From a bacterium (GTDB lineage: Bacteria; Cyanobacteriota; Vampirovibrionia; Gastranaerophilales; JBAXKC01), in NCBI GenBank assembly GCA_037137535.1, contig JBAXKC010000017.1:1-55795 (forward strand): a stretch of 55,795 nucleotides of DNA, written 5' to 3'. The translations under genes and the position numbers were made by a program. The notes under the pieces are model-generated. The model saw only the letters and a program-made list of their open reading frames with translations, made no database searches and was not told where the DNA came from. This document shows positions 47,973 to 55,795 of this stretch, piece by piece; position 1 is the stretch's first letter, and each line of letters begins with the position of its first letter.

Positions 47973-48005
47973 AAAAATGCTTTCCCGATAAAGGAAAGCA
48001 TTTTT
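47973..48005. terminator. Bidirectional terminator
   Basis: AAAAATGCTTTCC-7nt-GGAAAGCATTTTT. Confidence 0.85.
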
Positions 48006-48006
48006 G

Positions 48007-49302
48007 TTATGTTAAAACTTCATTAAACTGAATATCTACATTACTCGGTATTAACTCTATAAATTGCATTAGTTGTCGAGAATAAATAGCAGCTTCTCTT
48101 TGCAAATCAAGCGCACTACAAATAGAAATCATATCATCATAAGCAATAATTGCTTCTTTAAGGTCGTTAACAGGCATGTTTTCAACTTTAGTTCCATATT
48201 TCATATTAAAAGTTTTAATATAACTTCTATAACGAACTAATGAGTACTCAAGAAAATCTTTTGCTTCAATACTATCATCTGATTGAGCTAGAAGAGCTGC
48301 TTTAAATAAGTATAAACGTGCACCTTCTATAGTTTTATCAGTTTTATGCTTAATGCGATAATCAATTGCTTCATCAAGAGAATAACTGACATCATTAAGT
48401 TTTTTTTGAAAAACACAGGACATTATTATATTTTCAACAGTTGTCATTTTCTGCGACTTAGGAAAATTATAATTTTCTTTAATTTCTAAAGCATCTCTAC
48501 TGTATTGCTCGGCTTTTTTATAGTTTCGTAATCTAAAATTAGCTGTTGAAATATAATCATAAGCCATAGCTAAAGTTTTTGGTTGTAAAAGTTTAGCAGA
48601 ACCACCTACTGAAAAACATTCTGATAAATAATTATTAGCAGAAGTGTAATCATTTTTAATAAACTTTAATTCACCAAGTTTATAATTAACATTAGCTGTT
48701 CTTGAACTATTAGCACCATATTGTTTCTGGCAATAACTTAATGATTGATTTAGTACATCTTCATAAGCATTAATTTTATGTTGATTCTTATATATATAAG
48801 TTAATGTATTGTATGAATGATACAAATCATAATTTGTGTTGTATTTTTGTTGATAACTGAAAAGTCTGTCAAAATAACAGATTGCCGAGCTATAATCTTT
48901 TAATTTGTATGAAATCCAGCCCGCTTTTTCTAGTGATTCTAAGGTGTATTTGCTATCTTTATAATTATTTTCGAGAAGACTAAGTGCTTCAATATAAAAA
49001 TTTAAAGATTCCTTATATTTATTTGCTTTTAATTTAACTTGTGCCTGATTAATAGCTTTCATCACTTTACTATTATCGGATAATTCTTGTGGAATTACTC
49101 GTTCTCTTAACTTCAGATTGCCTTCATACTTGAAATTTTGTGGCGTATCAATAGTATCATTATTATTAGGTGTTTCTTCTGCTTCGGAATTAACATAGGC
49201 TTTACTCGAAAAAGTAACAGCATTTGCACAGGAAAATAAAGAAAAACATAGTGCAAAAGTACATGAAACGACGAGAGACGTTTTAAAGTGTCTTAACTTC
49301 AT
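48007..49302 (-). CDS. Exported TPR-repeat protein
   Basis: Signal-peptide-like N-terminus; TPR-like helices (YKKAEQYSRDALEI). Confidence 0.7.
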   Translation of the reverse strand: MKLRHFKTSLVVSCTFALCFSLFSCANAVTFSSKAYVNSEAEETPNNNDTIDTPQNFKYEGNLKLRERVIPQELSDNSKVMKAINQAQVKLKANKYKESLNFYIEALSLLENNYKDSKYTLESLEKAGWISYKLKDYSSAICYFDRLFSYQQKYNTNYDLYHSYNTLTYIYKNQHKINAYEDVLNQSLSYCQKQYGANSSRTANVNYKLGELKFIKNDYTSANNYLSECFSVGGSAKLLQPKTLAMAYDYISTANFRLRNYKKAEQYSRDALEIKENYNFPKSQKMTTVENIIMSCVFQKKLNDVSYSLDEAIDYRIKHKTDKTIEGARLYLFKAALLAQSDDSIEAKDFLEYSLVRYRSYIKTFNMKYGTKVENMPVNDLKEAIIAYDDMISICSALDLQREAAIYSRQLMQFIELIPSNVDIQFNEVLT

Positions 49303-49398
49303 TTTATCTCCATATCTAACTAGAAATCACTATATACTATTAAAGCAAACTTTTACGTAAAATTAAATATATTTTTAAAAACAAATTTTGAATTATTT

Positions 49399-51840
49399 TT
49401 AAAGCATTTCGGTGGGATCTACGTCAATTAAGAATTTTATATCTTTTGGAACATTAATTTTCTTTAATATTGATGTCAAAATATTATGCCCTTGATCTTC
49501 CATTCTATTTTTTATAAGAATTTGAAATCTATATTCATCTTTTATTTTTGAAATTATACATTCAGTTGGGCCTAAAATTTCGAGCTTTTCGGAAATACCT
49601 TTTTTTTCTGTATAAATTGTCATTATTTGAGTTATTTCTCTTGCAATTTTTTCAGTTCTGAATTTATTAGGCGAGCTTAAAATTAATCTTACCAACTTAC
49701 TATAAGGCGGATATGAAAATTCATATCTGCTTTCTATTTCTTTTTTATAAAAATCCAGATAGTTTTGTTCTTTTGCATCTTTTAAAGCATGAAAATCTGG
49801 AGTGTAAGACTGAAAATAAACTTTTCCGGCATGTTCTCCACGTCCTGCTCTACCTGCAACTTGAGTCAATAGTTGAAATCCTCGTTCAACGCTTCTAAAA
49901 TCAGGCATATTGAATAAACTGTCAGCGGAAATTACGCCCACAAGCGTAACGTCAGGCATGTCTAAGCCTTTTGCTATCATTTGAGTTCCTATAAGAACTT
50001 GGATTTTTCCTTGAGAAAAGGCTTCAATTATTTCAATATAAGCATTTTTCTTGCTCATAATGTCACTGTCTATTCTTGCGCAAACAATATCGGGAAATAT
50101 TTTCTTAAAATCTTCTTCAACTCTTTGTGTGCCAAGCCCTGTACTTTTAATATCAGGATTACCGCACTTCGGGCAAACTTCAGGAACAGGCAATGAAAAA
50201 TTACAATAATGACATTTTAGATTATTGTCTGTTTTGTGATAAATCATAGGAATAGAACATTTTTCACATTCGATTGTGTGTCCACAAGACTTACAAAGCG
50301 TTGTAGTTGCAAAGCCACGCCTATTAATAAGTAATATTGCCTGTTTTCCTTCACTAAAGGTTCTTTCAAGTCCCCTTAAAAGAGTTTGAGAAAATACACC
50401 TTTTTTATAGTCATTTCTAATGTCTATCGTATGAACTTTTGCCAGCTCTGCATTTCCAAAACGCTCTGTTAAATATAAAATTCTGTTTTGATTCATAGCT
50501 TTATAAAAAGTTAAAACATCAGGAGTTGCACTTCCAAGAATAAGGGTTGCATTTAGTTGTTTGGCTCTATATATTGCAATATCTTTTGCATTATATCTTG
50601 GGGACGGAGAAGTTTGTTTATAGGAGCTTTCATGTTCTTCATCAAGAATAATCAGCCCGATATCTTTTAATGGAGCAAAAACAGCTGAACGAGCACCAAT
50701 AATAATATCCAGTTCGTTATTTCTTATTTTATTCCAGATGTCAAAACGTTCGCCTTCAGAAATATTACTATGCCATATAGCTACTTTTTCAATACCAAAT
50801 CTTTGAGTAATTCTTTTAGCAAGTTGAGAGGAAAGAGCGATTTCGGGAACTAAAAATATAACTTTTTTGCCTTGATTCAAGGTTTCACGCATTGCATGAA
50901 TATAAACTTCTGTTTTTCCCGAACCTGTTATTCCATAGAGTAAGAGTGGTTCACTAATTCCTTTATCTATAGATTCTTTGATTTTTTCCAGAGCTATTTC
51001 TTGTTCATTATTCAGTGCAAAAAACTCAGAGGTATTACCTTCATAAATTTGCAAAGCGTTTCTATATATTTGTTTTTCAAAAATTTCTAAATTTCCGCAA
51101 TTTACAAGTTTTTCTACTGTTGCACTTGTTGTTCCTGTTTCTTTTATAAATTCGGATAATTTTATTTCGGTAATTTTATTTTTTATTAAAAAGTCTAAAA
51201 TTTCCTGTTGACGCTTAGTTCCTGCTACATTATTTTTTAATATAATCCATCTTTCAGTTTTAGCTCTCATTGATTTTAATGACTGCTCTGAAACAACAGA
51301 AATTATATTTTTAGATTTTAATTTTCTTATGCATTCAAAAAACTTAGCTGACGGAATTTTACTTCTTTGCTGTACATAACTAATTGATAGACTATCGGAT
51401 TTTACAAACATATCAACTATTTTTTGCTCTATTTCATTTAACGGTAAATGAATATTTTCTATATGCAAAAAAGCCACTCGTTTTGATTTATTAGAGAAAA
51501 ATCCTGTTGGAACGGCTGTTTCTATTACTGTTTGCCAAGGACAGCAATAATAATTCGACATCCATTCAAGGAATTTAAGATATTCTAAATCAAATACAGG
51601 TTGTTCATCTAATAATTCGTATATTGATTTAGCTTTAATGCCTTCTTCTAAATAATCGGTAAAGCCTACAACATAAGCAGGAATGCCACCTTGTCTGCCA
51701 AAAGGTACTGTTACGGGAGTTCCTATATCTATAATCTTTTTAAATTCATCAGGTATTAAATAACTAAAAGTCTTCGTATCAAGATTGGGAATTGATACAA
51801 GAACCTGTGCATACTTATATGACTTTTTAATATTTTTCAC
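49399..51840 (-). CDS. priA: Primosomal protein N' (replication restart helicase)
   Basis: GITGSGKTEVY, DEEH, SATP, four CxxC, QVAGRAGR. Confidence 0.97.
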   Translation of the reverse strand: MKNIKKSYKYAQVLVSIPNLDTKTFSYLIPDEFKKIIDIGTPVTVPFGRQGGIPAYVVGFTDYLEEGIKAKSIYELLDEQPVFDLEYLKFLEWMSNYYCCPWQTVIETAVPTGFFSNKSKRVAFLHIENIHLPLNEIEQKIVDMFVKSDSLSISYVQQRSKIPSAKFFECIRKLKSKNIISVVSEQSLKSMRAKTERWIILKNNVAGTKRQQEILDFLIKNKITEIKLSEFIKETGTTSATVEKLVNCGNLEIFEKQIYRNALQIYEGNTSEFFALNNEQEIALEKIKESIDKGISEPLLLYGITGSGKTEVYIHAMRETLNQGKKVIFLVPEIALSSQLAKRITQRFGIEKVAIWHSNISEGERFDIWNKIRNNELDIIIGARSAVFAPLKDIGLIILDEEHESSYKQTSPSPRYNAKDIAIYRAKQLNATLILGSATPDVLTFYKAMNQNRILYLTERFGNAELAKVHTIDIRNDYKKGVFSQTLLRGLERTFSEGKQAILLINRRGFATTTLCKSCGHTIECEKCSIPMIYHKTDNNLKCHYCNFSLPVPEVCPKCGNPDIKSTGLGTQRVEEDFKKIFPDIVCARIDSDIMSKKNAYIEIIEAFSQGKIQVLIGTQMIAKGLDMPDVTLVGVISADSLFNMPDFRSVERGFQLLTQVAGRAGRGEHAGKVYFQSYTPDFHALKDAKEQNYLDFYKKEIESRYEFSYPPYSKLVRLILSSPNKFRTEKIAREITQIMTIYTEKKGISEKLEILGPTECIISKIKDEYRFQILIKNRMEDQGHNILTSILKKINVPKDIKFLIDVDPTEML

Positions 51841-51843
51841 TTT

Positions 51844-52071
51844 TTACTCTGAAAGCAATTCTTTGGCTTTTTCTACAGCATTTAAAAATACTTCTATACT
51901 ATCTGGTGCGACGGTTACACCTTTTTTTGTCGGACTCCAGTTTGCACCGTTATCAGTTGTAAAGAAAATTCTTAAATCTAAATATTTTTTACCTTTAAAT
52001 TCACTTATAGCAACACGAAGCTCTTCAGTATTTCCTTTTGAAATTGTGGCTAGTATTTGATTTTCTGACAT
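51844..52071 (-). CDS. PC4/YdbC-family ssDNA-binding protein (start re-set to MSENQ)
   Basis: EFKGKKYLDLRIFF...WSPTKKGVTV; AGGTGA RBS. Confidence 0.88.
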   Translation of the reverse strand: MSENQILATISKGNTEELRVAISEFKGKKYLDLRIFFTTDNGANWSPTKKGVTVAPDSIEVFLNAVEKAKELLSE

Positions 52072-52239
52072 GATCTCACCTTTTAGTTTAACAGCGTTGT
52101 AACATATATAATTTAACAAGAAATTGAATATTTTGAAATATTTAAGTTGATAAATGCTTGTATGAAAAATCAAATATCACTATAATAATCAAAATAAATA
52201 TAAAGAGATAAAAGAATTAGCATAAATGGAGTTTTAAAA

Positions 52240-54273
52240 ATGAAAAATATTTTTCTTCCTGCAATTTCTATTATGAATAAATTAAGGTATCTTCAAAAAT
52301 TTATGCTAATGAGCTTATCCATCTTTATGCTTACTGTTGGTATTTTATATTTACTTTTAAGTAACTTAAATACACAAATTGAATTTAACTCTAAAGAGGT
52401 TTTAGGTATTCAATATATTAATCCATTAAAAGATATGTTATTTGAAATGCAGAAATATAGATATAAATCATTTAGTGGTAAATTAAAATCTTCCGTTAAA
52501 ATTAATGAATTAGAAAATAAAATTGATAAAGCTGATGAAAAATTAAATACAACTTTAAAAGTTGGCAAAGATTGGGAATTAATTAAGCAAAATTGGGCAA
52601 ATGCTGAAAATAATACAGATAAACAAACTGAAGTTATAAATAGAATAATTACATTAATAAGTCATATTAATGACACCTCAAACCTTGTACTTGACCCTGA
52701 TCTTGATACTTATTATCTTATGGATGCTTATAGTCTTAAGTTGCCAAATATTTTAGAAAAAATAAGTCTTGTGAAAAAATCAGGAATAGAAAATATAAAA
52801 TTAAATAAAGCTAATGTTAAAGAGTTAATTCAACTTCAGACACTTATTGAAGAGACAAACGGTCTTTTAAAATCAGGTTTAGATGTAATATATGGTTTTA
52901 ATCCATCAACAAAAAATTATCTAAATAAGCCGTTTAATCAAGCTTATTCAGATAATATAAAATTATTGGAAGTATTAAATAACCTTGTTGAGGGTAAAAA
53001 GGTAACTGCAACTGCTTTTGATGCAACTATGGATGCTGCTTTAAATTCAAATAAACTACTTTATAATGCTGATAGCGTTAAAATTGAAGAGCTTATAAAT
53101 ATAAGAGTGAAAAAATATTCTGATCAAATACCTGTTTCAATTGCATTTACGTTATTAGCCGTTGGAATTATTGCATACTTTTTCATGGGCTTTTATTTTT
53201 CCGTTTCAGATTCAATGTCAATTATTCTTGATAGAGTCAATAAAGTTGCCAACGGTGATTTGAACGTAACAATTAAAGTTAATACTCATGATGAAATGAA
53301 TGATTTTAGCATATCGTTGAATTTTGCAATAAATCGTATTAAAGAAATGGTTCTAGGCGTTGCTAAAACCGCAGAGCAAATAAATATTGAGCTTGTCAAA
53401 TCAGAAGAAGCAGTTAAACATAGTTCAGTCGGAGCGGAACAAACATCTATAAGTATAATGCAGCTAGCAATGGGCGCACAAACACAGGCTCAAAGTGCGG
53501 GAGAGGGTGCAAATAGGGTTAATCATATTGATAACGCTATTAAAAATATTTCATCAAATATTGAAACAGTACTTGCTATGTCTCAAGTTACTGAAAATAG
53601 TACAGAAGAATGTAATCAATAAACTACTTTAGCCGTTCAAAAAACAAAATTACTTAAAGCATCTAGTTTTAAAATTTCTAAAACAATTGATGAATTAGGT
53701 GCATTAAGTGCTGAAATTGAAGTTATAGTAGATCTTATCAGAAATATAGCGGACCAAACGAATTTACTAGCCCTAAATGCTGCAATTGAAGCGGCAAGAG
53801 CTGGTGAACAAGGTAAAGGTTTTGCTGTTGTTGCAGATGAAGTCAAAAAATTGGCTGAAAAATCTGCAGCATCAGCAGATAAAATTACAGATATGATAAA
53901 AGAAGTTCAGTATAAAACAAGTATTGCCGTATCATCTATACACCAAAATAATAATGATGTTGAAGAGAGTTTAGCTATTATAGAAAATGTAAAAAATACA
54001 TTAATTCAAATAAAAAATGCTTCATTATCCGCAAATGAGCAAGTAATGACCATTTCAAAAGAAATTGAAAATTTAGCTTTAAACTCTGATGAGTTTGTAA
54101 AAATAATGGAAAATATGTCGGCAATTACAGAAGAAGCAGCTGCTGGAGCGGAAGAAATCTCAAGTATTACAGAAGATCAAAAAGAAAATCTTCAAAAAAT
54201 TAATAAGACTTCTGAACATTTATCTAATATGTCTAGTGATTTAATTAAATGCACAAGTGTATTTACTGTTTAA
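52240..54273 (+). pseudogene. MCP interrupted by one in-frame TAA (53620-53622)
   Basis: The same frame continues after the stop through [33 protein letters not shown] to the stop at 54273. Confidence 0.88.
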
Positions 54274-54308
54274 AAATTTCAATATAGAACGTTTTATCTT
54301 TTTCTAAT

Positions 54309-54346
54309 TAAAAATCAGAATTTGCTGAGTCAAATTCTGATTTTTA
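54309..54346. terminator. Intrinsic terminator
   Basis: TAAAAATCAGAATTTG-6nt-CAAATTCTGATTTTTA. Confidence 0.75.
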
Positions 54347-54472
54347 TATTACAAAATATTATTAATTCCATCTTTAGTTTGATTACAATGTTTGAAAATT
54401 GCTATAAGATGGTATAAAGTTACTAAAACCTTTTTAATGTGGTCTAGTGAGTTAAGGGTTGAGTGATTAATA

Positions 54473-55795
54473 TTGACGAATGGTATTAATTCTAATTATT
54501 TAATATGTGCTTTTTGCGGAGCAAGTCTATCAATTAACGATAAGACTTGTAATGCTTGTGAGAAAAATTTATATCATACTGATGCTAACCCCAGTAAAGA
54601 TAACATTGATGATAAATCATTCAAAAAGTATAATAAATCAGATAGTGCTATAGAAACTGTAAGTAATCAGCAGAAAATAGCTAATAATGTTACATTTAAG
54701 CGTAGTGTAAGTGATATTAATTTAGGTCAAGTCAAAGAAAAATCAGAGTCTTCAAAAGATATATATAAAATTCTTGATCAAAAAGAATTGAATTTTAAAG
54801 TTGAATCTGACATGAATATCAATGAGAATAAGTCAGAAGAATCAACGTTAGGACAAGTTAATTCTGAGATTAATCAAGATAAAGCTAAAGAAAATAAAGC
54901 AGATAATTTAATTGTAAATTTAAATGTTGTTCAAGCTACACAACCTAATCAGCAACAGGATGTGAGTAAAGCTATTGATACCTTAAATATAAATAATACG
55001 TCAAATATTAAATTTGATAATTTTAATGATGTAAATATAAAGAAGGTAATTGATGAAGTCAAAGAAACCTTAAAAACAATATATGGTACAGAAGTAAATG
55101 ACGAGATTATCTTCAAAGCATTACAAGTTGTAATTTACGGCTTAAATGGCAATGATATTTTAACAAGCGGTGATTTTAACGATATCATATATGGTGGCGG
55201 TGGTAACGATACAATTGACGGTGGATTAGGTACTAATACATTGTTTGGCGGTACAGGAAATGATACTTTTATTGTCAATAATTTATCAGACTTAATTGTT
55301 GAATATTTGAATGAAGGAACTGATCTGGTAAAATCAATTGTTTCATTTATTTTAGGTGCGAATTTAGAAAATTTAACTCTTTTAGGTCAATCTAATATTA
55401 ATGGTACAGGGAATTCTCTTGATAACATTATAATAGGGAATTCTGGTAATAACATTCTTTCAGGTAACGAAGGAAACGACACCTTAGATGGAGGAGCTGG
55501 CGCAGACACAATGATTGGTGGCGCTGGTGATGATACTTACACCGTTGATAACGTAAATGATGTTGTAACCGAAGCATTAAATGAGGGCACAGATACAGTA
55601 AACTCAAGTATTTCTTATTCCTTAGGAAATAACGTAGAAAACTTAAATTTAACAGGCAATGCCAACATTGACGGAACAGGAAACGCACTAAATAACGTTA
55701 TTACTGGTAATGCTGGCGATAACGTACTAAACGGCGGAGTTGGCGCAGACACAATGATAGGTGGCGCAGGTGATGATACTTATACCGTTGATAAC
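54473..55795 (+). CDS. RTX-type Ca-binding repeat protein, 3'-truncated by the window edge, missing from the ORF track
   Basis: Open frame from TTG 54473 to the end; GGGGNDTIDGG, GGAGADTMIGGAGDDTY nonapeptides; start codon uncertain. Confidence 0.88.
   Translation, partial: MTNGINSNYLICAFCGASLSINDKTCNACEKNLYHTDANPSKDNIDDKSFKKYNKSDSAIETVSNQQKIANNVTFKRSVSDINLGQVKEKSESSKDIYKILDQKELNFKVESDMNINENKSEESTLGQVNSEINQDKAKENKADNLIVNLNVVQATQPNQQQDVSKAIDTLNINNTSNIKFDNFNDVNIKKVIDEVKETLKTIYGTEVNDEIIFKALQVVIYGLNGNDILTSGDFNDIIYGGGGNDTIDGGLGTNTLFGGTGNDTFIVNNLSDLIVEYLNEGTDLVKSIVSFILGANLENLTLLGQSNINGTGNSLDNIIIGNSGNNILSGNEGNDTLDGGAGADTMIGGAGDDTYTVDNVNDVVTEALNEGTDTVNSSISYSLGNNVENLNLTGNANIDGTGNALNNVITGNAGDNVLNGGVGADTMIGGAGDDTYTVDN

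Noticed and set aside
53620-53622. Stop-codon reassignment or programmed read-through
   Set aside because: TAA terminates most genes in the window normally; a single case is better explained as a mutation or error
2193-55688. Numerous short ORFs nested in or antisense to long genes (e.g. 2193, 5142, 11849, 20216, 36137, 43869, 53637, 55428)
   Set aside because: Fully overlap confidently identified genes, lack RBS or motifs, and are typical of AT-rich shadow frames

Overview
Low-GC bacterial chromosome segment. The gene content suggests a non-photosynthetic cyanobacterial relative (Melainabacteria/Gastranaerophilales), but this is an inference. Housekeeping genes (kelch protein, RpoD-type sigma, rlmB, aroH, nagZ) are followed by an apparently complete ~32.7 kb temperate podovirus-like prophage (4833-37519). 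It is integrated in tRNA-Thr(CGT), bounded by an exact 51-bp direct repeat, and has candidate integrase arm sites. The prophage has a leftward late arm (terminases, portal, scaffold, capsid, short-tail proteins, GNAT, HNH-AP2, three ejection-type proteins including a 1861-aa zincin-containing protein, tail fibre, lysis genes). It also has an unusual immunity region and a rightward early arm (YqaJ/RecT/SSB, initiator with iterons, DnaC-like loader, xis, int). Right of it lie prs, glmU, a degenerate PurD paralogue, an atypical CodA-like amidohydrolase, MCPs (one with a nonsense codon), engB, a permease, dfx-ferritin, a TPR protein, PC4-priA and a truncated RTX-repeat gene. The most notable unannotated element is a 58-codon U-rich leader ORF running through two tandem terminators upstream of the CodA-like/PurD-like genes, which resembles pyrBI-type UTP-sensing attenuation. 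Several small ORFs missing from the ORF track were also found: an RHH regulator, a 40-aa acidic peptide and a frameshifted gene. All product calls come from motif recognition by eye; no database searches were run.
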